Shown here piece after piece: positions 27,676 to 39,449 of a stretch of DNA of 64,000 nt. The notes below the pieces were generated by a model. It made no database searches. It had not been told where the DNA came from and saw only the letters and a list, made by a program, of their open reading frames with translations. The translations under genes and the position numbers were made by a program. Numbering within the stretch: the first letter of the stretch is position 1; each line of letters starts with the position of its first letter. Source of the stretch: Mytilus edulis (Eukaryota); contig NC_092355.1 in the NCBI RefSeq assembly GCF_963676685.1, positions 1,798,001 to 1,862,000 on the forward strand, in the 5' to 3' direction.

Positions 27676-29078
27676 GTTAATTGTCCTTTGTAAGAAGTGA
27701 GATCTAATGGTCGCCTGTTATCTTAAATACGGAGATAATCTCAAAATTAGGTCATCTGTGAATCACGATTTCGTTTTGACTTTGTACAAGATTGCGGTCG
27801 TAGGAGTAACATGTATTTCATTATTGCGACATTTCGTTGGATGTGTCAGAATTTGATTTGAAGTCTTACATAATTATAAGAAATTATAAAAAAAACTTGA
27901 AAGACAATAATTAAAGGACACAGTGATTGATTGATTGATTATTGGTGTTTCAACGCTACTTTAAAGCGCTACTTTTGGGTCATTTCGTGGCGGCTCGTGT
28001 TTATTGGTGGAGGAAGCCGAATTGCCCGGAGAAACAAACCGACCTTATGTAGGAAAACTGAAAAATAAAGGCAACAGTATTATACCGCTGTTCAAACTCA
28101 TAAATCCATGGACAAAAAACAAAATCGTGGTAACAAACTAAAACTGACGGAAACGCATAAATATAAGAGGAGAACAACGACACAACACTACAATGTAACT
28201 AACACACACAGAAACGGACCAATGATCAGACAAAATCCCACGAAAATAACAAATATAACATCAAAACCAAATACATGAATAGACAAGTACCGTGACACGT
28301 CTTATCGCAATGTCAATTTACACTCAAAAATAAGAGAAAACAAACGACGCAACGTTAAACTGTAACACACACAGAAACGAACTATAATATAACAATGGCC
28401 ATATTCCTGACTTGGTACAGGACATTTTTAAAGGAAAAAATGGTGCGTTGAACCTGGTTTTGTGACATGCCAAACCTCGCACTTTAATGGCAATGTTAAA
28501 TATAACATAGAAATGACAACATAATATTACAGGACTACAATACAAATAAATAGGAAAACGTTTAGACAAAGAAACACATGATTAATGAATAACAAAAAGC
28601 ATCAGGTTTAAAATTAACTCGCCAAAAACGCTCCTCGTCCACACAAGACTCACCAGTGACGCCCAGATATAAAAGATCGAAAGCGAAAAAAAATACAAAG
28701 TTGTACTGCACTGAAGATCAAAAGTTGAAAAAGGTTGTGTCAAATATGGCTAAGTTTCTATGCTTGGGATAAGAACATCCTAATTATTTAGAACAATTAA
28801 TAGTTTAAACATATTTTATTGTTCCAAAAAGAGACAAATGGATTAGACACAAGTTTTTCAACTTAGTAACGTCTTCTCCAATATATACATAAATATACAC
28901 ATGAATGAACATTATATAAATATGAAAAACAAATTATCTGCCCTTGGAAATGAATGGTTGAGTTTTTTTTTCTCTCTGCTCGACCTGCCTGATAATTTCA
29001 ACTTAAACATGGTGAAACGGTGAATTTTTCTGAAACCAACACATAACAAACTTACTTTGATAGTAATGAATAAAGGTA

Positions 29079-30386
29079 ATGAGTGAAAAACAAAATACTC
29101 GTAAGCGTGAAAGAGAAATAGAGACAGAAACTTTTAATAGTAAACAAACCACAGGTATAAAAATGGCGGATACTAACATGACGGAGACAGAGAGCTCACT
29201 CGAACAAAACCTCGGTGAATACTCTGAGGATCAAACATTCAATAACAAACTTCTAAGTGGCATAGTAGGCATACAACAAACATTAAACAGTCTTATAATA
29301 AAATTTGAAAACCAAAATGAAGAAATACATGGTATTAAAAATGACATATACGCCAAAGATGGCATTGAAGACAGACTTCAAGCTGTGGCAACAGAAACTG
29401 AAGACCAAACAACTATGATAGCCGAAGTCAGAAATCAAAATACAAAACTGACAACGGAATTAAATCTAATGAAGTCATACGTGGTACATTTAGAAACTAG
29501 ACTCGATTGTCAACAAAGTCAAATAGCAAACCTGGTTGAACGCAGCATGAGGGAAAATGCTATAGTAATAGGGGTTCATGAACGAAATGACGAAAACGTA
29601 ATAGCGGAATTAAAATTGATTTTCAAAAATGTTTTGAAAATAACTGAAAATATTAAAATTGACCGAGCCCACAGAATAGGGACCCAGACAAATAAAAACA
29701 GCACCCGTCCTATAGTTGTTAAATTCCATGACTACAATGACCGGGAGCATGTCATAAACACTGCACGAACAATAGGCAAACAAAACAAAGAGTTACTAAA
29801 TGGCATATACATAACTCCACAGTTTCCAGACGATATGCGTGAAAACAGAAAAAGACTAGTACAAAAACAAAAGGAGTACAAAGAAGTAGATGTAGGCACT
29901 AAAATTAAAGGAAACAGTTTATTCTTCATCAAAAGTGGATCTAAATATGTGGAAAAAGTGTCAACACCAAAAGCTTTAGCTATTTTTGATGCCAGTAACA
30001 AGTCTAAATTTGGTACATTTGAGCAAACTAGTTCTAATGAAGTTAGTGACAATGGTCATACTTATTGTGTCACAGCTGCTGTCACCACAACATACGCAGA
30101 AGTTCGTGAAGCTGCCCGACAAATAATGCAGGGCCCAGTATCTGCATGTACATACAACACATTGGTATATCGGTTTACAGACAAAGACGGACATACACAC
30201 GACGGGTACGATGACGACAGAGACTACGGAATTGGATCAAGGATACTTGACTATTTAAAAGAAATAGATGCACACAACATAACTATCATTTCCTCACGTA
30301 CACCTCCATCTGGTACAGCAAAGATAGGTTCAAGAAAAAACAATATTATCTTGGAGGGAGTAAAATCGGCTCTCCGCAAAATGTAA
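29079..30386 (+). CDS. LINE ORF1p: coiled coil, L1-type RRM/CTD and C-terminal IMPACT/UPF0029-like domain
   Basis: ERSMRENAIVIG, IDRAHRIG, RPIVVKF and ITPQFP motifs. C-terminal YNTLVYRF..DGYDDDRDYGIGSRILDYL..NITIISSR resembles IMPACT HNIYAYRI..DDGE..AGGRLL..NVMVVVSR. Confidence 0.85.
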   Translation: MSEKQNTRKREREIETETFNSKQTTGIKMADTNMTETESSLEQNLGEYSEDQTFNNKLLSGIVGIQQTLNSLIIKFENQNEEIHGIKNDIYAKDGIEDRLQAVATETEDQTTMIAEVRNQNTKLTTELNLMKSYVVHLETRLDCQQSQIANLVERSMRENAIVIGVHERNDENVIAELKLIFKNVLKITENIKIDRAHRIGTQTNKNSTRPIVVKFHDYNDREHVINTARTIGKQNKELLNGIYITPQFPDDMRENRKRLVQKQKEYKEVDVGTKIKGNSLFFIKSGSKYVEKVSTPKALAIFDASNKSKFGTFEQTSSNEVSDNGHTYCVTAAVTTTYAEVREAARQIMQGPVSACTYNTLVYRFTDKDGHTHDGYDDDRDYGIGSRILDYLKEIDAHNITIISSRTPPSGTAKIGSRKNNIILEGVKSALRKM

Positions 30387-31623
30387 ACAATAAAAACTTT
30401 AAACTAATTTACTGTTGTTTGAACTCATCTTGATAGACAATAAACATGCAGTAAAGTATGCTGAATGTCATTTTTTCTTCTTCTTTCAGGTTTATAATTT
30501 GTTAGATATTATATATTTAGTTTCATGTATTCTCTTTTCAAATCCTATATGTTTACTATTTTCAAAGTATCTTAAGAGTTTCAATTCTCTATTTTATTTT
30601 CAAAAAGAGTATTCATTATTCCAGTGAGTTATAAAGAAGCAAATTTCAAATGAATTACCTTAATAGGTAATCTGTAGATAAAACTACTTTTTATGAATTT
30701 TAAATTTACATACAACTTTATCCGAAATAATTTCACCATGAATTAAAATAAGTCAATAAAATACATGTAGCGTATATTGTAATTTTATATAACAAAATTT
30801 ACTCACGGTACCGGCACGCAGACATCATGAAAGTAATCATCTTCCCTGTGTATTACTATAATCCCGGGAGAAAAAAATCCCACTTTTTTGTTGTTGTTGA
30901 CACTATATTTACATAAATTGCACATACACACGTTAGAATAATCCAATATACTGGTATTCTATAAAATGAATTCTCATTTCCTTTTTTGTAAAGTGCGAAT
31001 ATCCTTTCGATCCCCAGCAATGTTGGCGAACAAAAATGTATATATTAAACATTTTTTATACGTTTTGCACCCAATGCAAATCTTAAAAAACTATCCGATA
31101 TATATATATATATGCAAAAACATGAATCCAGTGATATGCAATGCAATCCACAGTTCTATCAAAATACATATTTGCCATTATATAACTGTGTCCCATATTC
31201 GTACGTCGGCAAGAAAAGGTAAACACAATTATCAACAAGAATGTCTGTGTACCTGTGCACGTGTATTTCAATCTGTAATTGGGTCATTTATAGTAAAGGT
31301 TGTAAATTGTAATGTTGTTATGTATGAATGAAAGTTACATGTACTTTAAACCGTAACTGGTAAACCTATAGTGTATTGTTTTTATTAATGAATGAAAGTT
31401 ACATGCGTTTTATTGAGAATGAACAATGAATATAACAAACATTAACATTAATTATATGGTTTAGGTCAGGCAGACCGAACAGAGAGAATTATCTCTCTTT
31501 TTGTATTGTATTGTATATTTGATATGTTTTTCTGTATTTTGTTTCTACTTAGTTATATAATGTTCAACTACGTTAAGTGTATCACATATGAAATTAATAA
31601 GACTGTAAAGCCAAAACTAGATA

Positions 31624-34600
31624 ATGGCTAATTATTGTATCAATTTAACTTCTCTTAATGTAAATGGCTTTGGAAACAATTTTAAACGCAAATCCATGTT
31701 TCTTTGGTTAAAAAAATTTCAAAGCGACATCATTTTCTTGCAAGAAACACACAGTACTGAATCGTATGAAACTATATGGAAAAAGGAATGGGGTGGAGAT
31801 ATTTATTTTTCGCACGGGGAAACGAACTCTAAAGGTGTTGCTATTTTGTTTAACAGCTCAACAGATTATATATTAAAGGAAAAAATTGCAGATGAAAACG
31901 GAAGGTATCTCATTCTAACTGTTGAAATTGATAACACAGATTTTGTTTTTGTAAATTATTATGCACCGACCAAAAATTTTGAAAATGACCAAATTGAATA
32001 TATTGAAAAATTAAAAATTTTATTAAATGAAAAGTTAGAACAAAATCTCGTTTTGGGTGGAGATTTTAATACGATACTAAATCCATCTTTAGACAAAATG
32101 GGTGGTTCAAAATATAACACACCTGTCAAATATACGAGTAAATTAGAAGATTTTATAGAAGAGTTTGACTTATGTGATATTTGGAGGACAAAAAATGTTG
32201 ACTCTAGATTATATACTTGGCGTCAAAGAACCCCGCTTATACAATGTCGCTTAGATTTTTGGTTGATATCGAATTTTTTGTCAAGCAGTGTTACAAAAAC
32301 ATCCATTGTTCCGTCTATAAAATCTGATCATAGTCTTATCAAGTTGACACTGTCAGGCGAAAACTTTAGTGAGAGAGGTCCCGGTTTCTGGAAATTCAAC
32401 TCGGGTTTATTGACAGACAAAGATTATGTGGATATAGTCAAAAATACTTTATCAGAATGTGATGATAAATATCAAAATTTAGAAAATAAAAATTTAAAAT
32501 GGGATACCATTAAAAGTGAAATAAGGGGCGCAACCGTCAAATATTCCAAATATAAAAACATGAAATTGCGGGAAAGAGAGTCCAGTTTAAAAAAACGACA
32601 AGACGAAATTCAGAAAAATCTCTCTCGTACATATTTAGATAAAGATATAAATACACTTTTAATTGAATTAGATATTGTTAAAGAAGATTTAGAGCAAATA
32701 GTAAATAATCAAACAAGAGGGGCTATTATACGATCACATGCCGAGCACTGCGAAGGCAATGAAAGAAATTCAAAATATTTCTTATCATTAGAAAAACGTA
32801 ATTATAAAAATAAATGTATTAACAAATTAGTTGTAAACGACATTGAAATATTGTCACAAGAAAAAATTCTAAACGAAGAGAGAAATTTCTACGAAAATCT
32901 GTACTCATCAAAAGAAGACCCTGATAAATATTCAGGTGATTCTAACTTTTTTGATTTAAATTTTATTCCTAAGCTAACAGATCTGGAAAAGGATATATGC
33001 GATGCAGATATTTCAGAATCTGAGTGCGTTAAAGTTTTAAAAACATTTAAAAATAATAAAAGCCCTGGTACAGATGGGCTTACCGCTGAGTTTTACAAAT
33101 TTTTCTGGATTGATGTAAAAAAATATGTTTTGGAAAGCTATGAATATTCCTTCGAGACCGGAACCCTCTCAATAGACCAAAAACGGGGTATTTTGACTCT
33201 TATTCCAAAGAAAGATAAAGATAGAACACTCTTGTCGAACTGGCGACCTCTTTCTCTCTTAAATTTTGATTACAAATTATTAGCCAAAGTTATTGCGGAA
33301 AGAATGAAATTATTTCTTCCGAAACTTATAGATCCGGATCAGACAGGATATGTGGCTGGTAGATATATTGGTGAAAATCTACGACTAATTGCTGATATTA
33401 TATTGTTTACTACTTTAAAAAATTATCCAGGGCTTATATTACTAGTCGATTTCGAAAAGGCGTTTGATACGCTAGAATGGAAATTTATTCAAAAAGCATT
33501 GGCTTGTTTTAATTTTGGTAGCAAGTTCCGGAAATGGGTCTTAACTTTATACTCAAATATATCTAGTCTTGTCGTTAATAATGGATTTAGTTCTAGTCCG
33601 TTCAAAATTGAGAGAGGTGTTCGACAAGGGTGTCCTTTGTCTCCTTTTTTATTCATTTTGGCCGTTGAACTGCTGGCAATAAATATTCGTAAGAACAACC
33701 ATATATCAGGTATAAAAATTGGGGATACTGAAATAAAAATTTCACAGTTGGCTGATGATACCACTTGTTTTTTGAAAGATGTATTTTCTGCGCAAATTTT
33801 ATTAGATTCCTTTAATGATTTTGAGAAGTGTTCAGGGTTAAAAGTCAATTTTTCGAAAACCGAAGCAACATGGATTGGAAGAAATAAATTTAACAAAGAA
33901 GGTTCCCTTCCTATTAAATGGACAGATGGTTTTAAAACCTTAGGTTTAAAATTTAACGCTTTTGATGAAATGGTTTGTTCTAACTTAGATACATGCATAG
34001 AAAAAATGGAATCAATTATTAAAATGTGGAGGATCAGAAACCTTTCCTTGATCGGTAAAATCGTAATTCTTAAATCACTTGCAATATCGAAGCTTATTTA
34101 TGTCATTTCATCTACACATGTACCAAGATCTTATGTAATTAAAATACAAAGGGACATTAATAACTTTTTATGGAATGATAGTACTCCGAAAGTTAAATCG
34201 GAAGTTATTCAAAAGTCTCCTAGCGAGGGGGGACTGAAAGCACCAAATTTTGAAGTACAGTTGTTATCCTTTCGTATCATGTGGGTAAAACGATTTTTGT
34301 CAGAACATGACTCTAAATGGAAACATGTTTCCAAAGCATTCTTCTCCCTTTTTGATTTAGAGGACTTATTTATGAGCAGATGTGAATTTGAGTTTTTAAA
34401 TTTAAAAGCACCTCTTTTTTATATAGAAGTGCTATCTGCTTGGAAACGTTTCAAGGGTATTTTCATCCCGTTAAATGCATTTCATGTTAGAAAAGAATTT
34501 ATTTGGTTCAATCCGTTTATCAAGATTAACAGAACGAGTATTTTTTACAGATCTTGGTACACGAAAGGCATAAGGTTCATTAATGATATTGTAGATGATA

Positions 34601-35409
34601 AAGGCGAATTTTTGTCTCATGACGCTATTAACAAAAAATATAATTTGAATGTTACTTTTGTAGACATTCTTTCTATTAAACTTGCTATACCACGTGACTG
34701 GAAAGATTTGTTATTACAACAACACATGTCACCTAAGAGCAACTCTTTTGGATTCGTTTTTGAGCATGAGAATAAAAAAATGCCTATTAGCAAATTATAT
34801 ACTAAAGATGTATATTCACTTTTTATCGATCGGGTAAGTGTTTCTCCTATTTCACAACAAAGGTGGGAAGAAAGTTTTAATATAGAAATTAGTGACGAAA
34901 AGTGGAACAATATTTATTCACTAGCTTTTAAATGTACTATTGAAAGCAAACTACAAGCTTTTCAATATAAAGTGTTACACAGAATAGTCTCACATAATTA
35001 TCTCCTTGAAAAATATAAACTTTCTTTAACTAATGAGTGTGCCAGTTGTAAAGAAATAGAAACTATAGAGCATAAATTTTTTGAATGTATAGAAATAAAA
35101 CGATTTTGGAGAGAATTTTCTAATTGGTGGCATTTAGTTTTTGGAGTAAAATTTTTTTTAAATAAAGACAGTGTCATTTTTGGTATATTGAATTCTGATA
35201 ACTTAGTGTTAAACTATTGTATTTTACAGGCAAAATATTACATTCATTATGTAAAGTACACACAATTAGACAGATTGTTTATATCTGTGCAAGCTTTTCT
35301 CAAATTTTTGAAAAGACGTCTGGAGATATTAGAATATTTATATCTTTCTAAAGACAAGCACGAGTCATTTGTTGACAGATGGGGGGAATTTATGGAAGTT
35401 ATTAATTAA
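31624..35409 (+). CDS. LINE ORF2p: APE endonuclease, RT and C-terminal CCHC (1261 aa, intact)
   Basis: SLNVNG, FLQETH, GGDFN, SDH; PGTDG, DFEKAFD, RQGCPLSP, LADD; CASC..ETIEHKFFEC. Confidence 0.95.
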   Translation: MANYCINLTSLNVNGFGNNFKRKSMFLWLKKFQSDIIFLQETHSTESYETIWKKEWGGDIYFSHGETNSKGVAILFNSSTDYILKEKIADENGRYLILTVEIDNTDFVFVNYYAPTKNFENDQIEYIEKLKILLNEKLEQNLVLGGDFNTILNPSLDKMGGSKYNTPVKYTSKLEDFIEEFDLCDIWRTKNVDSRLYTWRQRTPLIQCRLDFWLISNFLSSSVTKTSIVPSIKSDHSLIKLTLSGENFSERGPGFWKFNSGLLTDKDYVDIVKNTLSECDDKYQNLENKNLKWDTIKSEIRGATVKYSKYKNMKLRERESSLKKRQDEIQKNLSRTYLDKDINTLLIELDIVKEDLEQIVNNQTRGAIIRSHAEHCEGNERNSKYFLSLEKRNYKNKCINKLVVNDIEILSQEKILNEERNFYENLYSSKEDPDKYSGDSNFFDLNFIPKLTDLEKDICDADISESECVKVLKTFKNNKSPGTDGLTAEFYKFFWIDVKKYVLESYEYSFETGTLSIDQKRGILTLIPKKDKDRTLLSNWRPLSLLNFDYKLLAKVIAERMKLFLPKLIDPDQTGYVAGRYIGENLRLIADIILFTTLKNYPGLILLVDFEKAFDTLEWKFIQKALACFNFGSKFRKWVLTLYSNISSLVVNNGFSSSPFKIERGVRQGCPLSPFLFILAVELLAINIRKNNHISGIKIGDTEIKISQLADDTTCFLKDVFSAQILLDSFNDFEKCSGLKVNFSKTEATWIGRNKFNKEGSLPIKWTDGFKTLGLKFNAFDEMVCSNLDTCIEKMESIIKMWRIRNLSLIGKIVILKSLAISKLIYVISSTHVPRSYVIKIQRDINNFLWNDSTPKVKSEVIQKSPSEGGLKAPNFEVQLLSFRIMWVKRFLSEHDSKWKHVSKAFFSLFDLEDLFMSRCEFEFLNLKAPLFYIEVLSAWKRFKGIFIPLNAFHVRKEFIWFNPFIKINRTSIFYRSWYTKGIRFINDIVDDKGEFLSHDAINKKYNLNVTFVDILSIKLAIPRDWKDLLLQQHMSPKSNSFGFVFEHENKKMPISKLYTKDVYSLFIDRVSVSPISQQRWEESFNIEISDEKWNNIYSLAFKCTIESKLQAFQYKVLHRIVSHNYLLEKYKLSLTNECASCKEIETIEHKFFECIEIKRFWREFSNWWHLVFGVKFFLNKDSVIFGILNSDNLVLNYCILQAKYYIHYVKYTQLDRLFISVQAFLKFLKRRLEILEYLYLSKDKHESFVDRWGEFMEVIN

Positions 35410-36079
35410 ATTTTATTCTCGATATGATCATGTATATTTAATGTATTCCAAAGTATCTTTTACTTGTATCATATACCGATTATTCACATCATTTACTTGT
35501 ATTTGTTTTTACTATGTCTTATTCGTAAATATCAATAGTATGACTATGCCATATGTCAATCACTTATATATTGTAAAAATGTATGTATGTATACATGTAT
35601 GCACTGTAGCTTGAACACCAAAAAGATCAATAAAAAATTAAAAAAAAATATGACTTTAACCAATTATTATTTAAGCATGAAGATATAAAAATAAATTACA
35701 TATAAAGTTTAAGAATCGAATCAATGGATATTTACCACTTAATATAACCAATCGAATGCGCCTATTTTCAGAACAAATAAATGCAAACACACCGAACTGT
35801 GTAAATTAAATATGTTAGTGTACATGACAAGTGACTTAAGTCATGTGTGTATGAATTTGTTTGAATGTAAATTACACACTCATAGTTTATAGTTACGGAT
35901 TAACAGAAAAACTGAATAAATATACACGTAATTGTAATTATCAATTTTGTTTTTTACTTAAATCCATTGAAACTTTTCAGAATACAGAAGTCAATCATAA
36001 AGATCATTCGATTATCGTACCCAAAAGAGCATACATACATTGATTATGTTCTAGTAAGATCTGTTACAGAATAAGGTTG

Positions 36080-36688
36080 TCAAATGTGAGAAAAACGCTT
36101 GGTACTTTTTATATACTTTTGTACAGATAGAAAAACAATATCATTTTCTTCAGAACTCAAAGACTCATCACCAGAGAGCAATAACTCAATTGTAATATTG
36201 ACAGCAAAAACATTGATTTCATTTATCATTAAAAGCCTTTGTGATGAAAAATTGTTACAATATAATAAATAATGTTTAGCATCTTCATTGATGAAGCCAC
36301 ATAAACAATTGGCATCTTGTACTAAGTTTGCATTAAACAAATCAGATTGAAGAGTGCTACAATGGTTTCGCAACCTTGCATGTAATACAGATAGTAAGCG
36401 GTCTCCAGAGCAAAAATGCCTCGGAGGTTTTTTATTCTTATAGTATAACATGTGCAATTTGCTTTTAAATGATGAAAATGTAGGACTCTGTCTAATGATA
36501 ATATCTAAAGTGTTCCACAATGTTATGGATGCTGGGAAATAAGAATGTTGATAAACCGACAAACGATTCACTGGAATAGTGATATTGTGTCTGTTTCGTA
36601 AATTGTAATTACTAATATCAGACACAAATTCTGGAACCAAGTCATGTAAATAATCTGGAGCCTGATTGTTAATAATTTTATAAAACAT
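36080..36688 (-). pseudogene. C-terminal 202 aa of the CR1-type ORF2, cut off by the Polinton
   Basis: MFYKIINNQAPDYL..YNLR..SYFP..WN..HARLR..CLCG..EDAKHYLLYC; joins in frame to ..REVKKLAM of ORF 52807-55701. Confidence 0.9.
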
Positions 36689-36689
36689 G

Positions 36690-37652
36690 AGTAGTATGTA
36701 TATTACTATAGGGTTTTTGAATTTTATAGGGTTTTTACCATATTAGGTAATAACATGATGACATCACATTTTTTCACCTGTCGTACATGTTAACATACAA
36801 ACTATAGCGTTTTCCTTACCTGTTGATTCAAATACTTGAGCGTTTTACAAGATGATGTAATAACATGTTTTACTATCACGTTATACGTAGAAAACTCTCA
36901 AATGTTTGTCATTGTAGTACATGTTAGCATACGGAACCTTTACATGGTATATATGAAAGAGAGAGAAATTACAAAGTAAAAACAAATAATTATAAATTGA
37001 AATAAAATAAGTTAAATTTAAAAAAAAAATAATAATAAAAAAAAAAAAAAAAAAAAAAAAATAATCTAATGTATACACAAATCATTTACAATTTCTATGA
37101 AGATAGAGAAGGGTCTTTTTCCTTGGATTTTTCGTTATTTGGTTAAGAACATGAAGGAACTTTAAGAAATAGCATGTTTGTAACCATTTTCTAATTAGTA
37201 AAACAAATGATATAATCACCTGATCATGTCCAACATATTAAACCCTAAGGCGATACAACTAGAAATAAATGTTTATATCAAAATTAGTTTAGATATTAAA
37301 TGAAGGAAAAATAATCTAATAGTAATTATTAATATACTTTATATAGTTCGAGAAGACATTTTATATAAATAAATATCTGTCTTGTATCATTTAATTTTGC
37401 ACATTTAACTTGTTGTAGCTCGAGAAGAAAGTGTGTATAAATATATATACATATTTCACATTTATTTTGTTTTTATGAATTCAAAGTTTAGAACAGCATA
37501 AAAATAAATATTTCAGATGTCAATATATTTTGGTTGAATACTTGATAAATAAATGCTCTTAGTAAACAGTTTTTTCTTTTTCTTTAACTAACCTTAAATA
37601 CGTCTGTACAGTCCGAGATCCAAGAACGAAATGATTTTAAACAGGAAGTACA
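36690..37652 (+). repeat. Polinton left terminal inverted repeat
   Basis: Near-identical reverse complement of 51869-52828. Confidence 0.95.
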
Positions 37653-38147
37653 TGTACGTCATGTCCTGTACGTAAGTCACAACTTACGTTTCATTTGACC
37701 TCGACAACCCGGAATAGATGACATAAGTCATGTAATAGAAAATCAAGAGAGAAGCATACTTTGATGTCAAAGGATTACGTTTTGTCTGCACAGTGAACCC
37801 GGAAAGTCTGAATCTATGTACGTCATGTCCTGTACGTAAGTCACAAGCTACGTTTTATTTGACTTCGACAACCCGGAATAGATGACATAAGTCATGTAAT
37901 AGAAAATCAAGAGAGAAGCATACTTTGATGTCAAAGGATTACGTTTTGTCTGCACAATGAACCCGGAAAGTCTGAATCTATGTACGTCATGTCCTGTACG
38001 TAAGTCACAAGTTACGTTTTATTTGACCTCGACAACCCGGAATGGATGACATATTAAGTTATGCAATAGAAAATCAGGATAGAAGCATACTTTGATGTCA
38101 AATGCTTACGTTTTGTCGGCAAAGTGAACCCGGAAAGTCTGAATCTA
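37653..38147 (+). repeat. Three tandem ~164-bp units just inside the left TIR
   Basis: Units start at 37653, 37817 and 37981 (TGTACGTCATGTCCTGTACGTAAG...CCGGAAAGTCTGAATCTA). Confidence 0.95.
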
Positions 38148-38368
38148 TTGAGTAATACGGTAAAATTGATACCCGTAAAATCGATCATTAAGCAACTGTG
38201 CAGACAATTTTAGGGTATTATGGAAACATTACGAGTGAAAAAACAACCCATAGATACGGGGAAGCTTCCTCTACGACCAGACAACAATGTCACAAGACAT
38301 AAAACTATGTAATGAACCATGTATATATATCTCTCCGTTCCTACAAAATTATCATTCAACAATTTACC

Positions 38369-38941
38369 ATGAACGGAGACACTTCAAACCACGCTAGAAG
38401 ATGGAGGGTGTCCAAAACAGGCCCATTAGAAGAGGCAATACTTACCATAAAGTTAACAGAAAACAGACGATTGACAATGAAGACCTGGAATGGAGAAATT
38501 CGAGTCGACATACGAGAATGGGAATCCGACCACAAGGCCACCACAAGAGGGGTTAGTTTGTCAGCTATGCGTTGGAAAGTACTGCATGACTTTGCAGAGG
38601 ACATTGACCAGGCCATAGAAAAAATGTCCGGAAAGGAAGAAGTGGACGTCAAAATTCATTTAGGAGGGAACATATACCTTAGCGTAGACCACAGATTCAG
38701 CACTGTAGATATAAGAAAGTTTTGGAGACCTAAAGGAGAAACAGATGCACGACCAACCCGAAAAGGTATAGCGTTAACAACTGAGCAATGGCGTATTGTC
38801 CGAGAATCAATGGAGAAGGTGAATGAAAAAATCCCAGACATCGAAACCATGATACCGTGTTGGATGAGCGAAGACCATCAGAACCAGCTTGGAATGTTGA
38901 GATGTAGTGAATGCAATCCCGACGATTATATGAGCTATTGA
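38369..38941 (+). CDS. Tandem PC4 (Sub1/p15)-domain protein with a C-terminal Cys/His cluster
   Basis: Two PC4-like repeats (RVDIREW..RGVSLSAMRWKVL; TVDIRKFW..PTRKGIALTTEQW) and C-x5-H..CSEC. TATATATA (38322) and Inr-like TCATTC (38352) favour the ATG at 38369. Confidence 0.85.
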   Translation: MNGDTSNHARRWRVSKTGPLEEAILTIKLTENRRLTMKTWNGEIRVDIREWESDHKATTRGVSLSAMRWKVLHDFAEDIDQAIEKMSGKEEVDVKIHLGGNIYLSVDHRFSTVDIRKFWRPKGETDARPTRKGIALTTEQWRIVRESMEKVNEKIPDIETMIPCWMSEDHQNQLGMLRCSECNPDDYMSY

Positions 38942-39007
38942 AGAGATTCGTGGCTCTTTTTTTTATGTGTATCACAAAATAAAATATATAAAGACAATGT
39001 ATGACTT

Positions 39008-39448
39008 TTATTCTTTTATTGCACAAACAAACATAGATACAAACATGTCATTATAATTCAAATCGTCCATCTTGAATATATCGAGTATTCTTTTCATAGA
39101 ATGGTCATTTATCCTCAATACGGCATACACTATACAAAACTCTCAACACTTATTTGAGTTATAATTCTGAAGTCTTCTGGTGTTGTAAGCATATTGTGGT
39201 CCATTTGCAATCATAGTTTCAATAAACGGAGTCATCGGCTTGTTTCCTAGAGAATCGAAAAATTCAACTGGTCCTTGTAACGGAAAATACAACACTGTCC
39301 AATGCTTCCCCGGTTTATCACTTGGATCGGTATTAACAATAAAGAGACTTGGCTTTTTACCGATTTTTGTTGGTATTTCGTCTGCAGCACAGACAACACC
39401 AAAGTTGCAAAACAAGTTCAACAGTGTTCGTATTTGGTTGCTAAACAT
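39008..39448 (-). pseudogene. Adenain-like cysteine protease with one nonsense codon
   Basis: NTDPSDKPGKHW, FFDSLG, LQ..SNKC*EFC. TGA at 39143-39145 replaces the conserved Gly; the frame continues to DLNYND..TAA at 39008. Confidence 0.9.
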
Positions 39449-39449
39449 G

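Larger units (their letters stand above)
28926..35645 (+). mobile_element. Full-length L1/Tx1-clade LINE with two intact ORFs
   Basis: ORF1 and ORF2, AATAAA plus A-rich tail at ~35629-35648, candidate TSD AAATATGA at 28918-28925 and 35646-35653. Confidence 0.85.

Noticed and set aside
37653-38147. CRISPR-like array (also 61440-62203)
   Set aside because: These are head-to-tail repeats without unique spacers, in a eukaryotic context with no cas genes.
39143-39145. In-frame TGA in the protease as selenocysteine or programmed readthrough
   Set aside because: It occupies the conserved Gly after the catalytic Cys (GGA>TGA is one substitution), and I saw no SECIS evidence.
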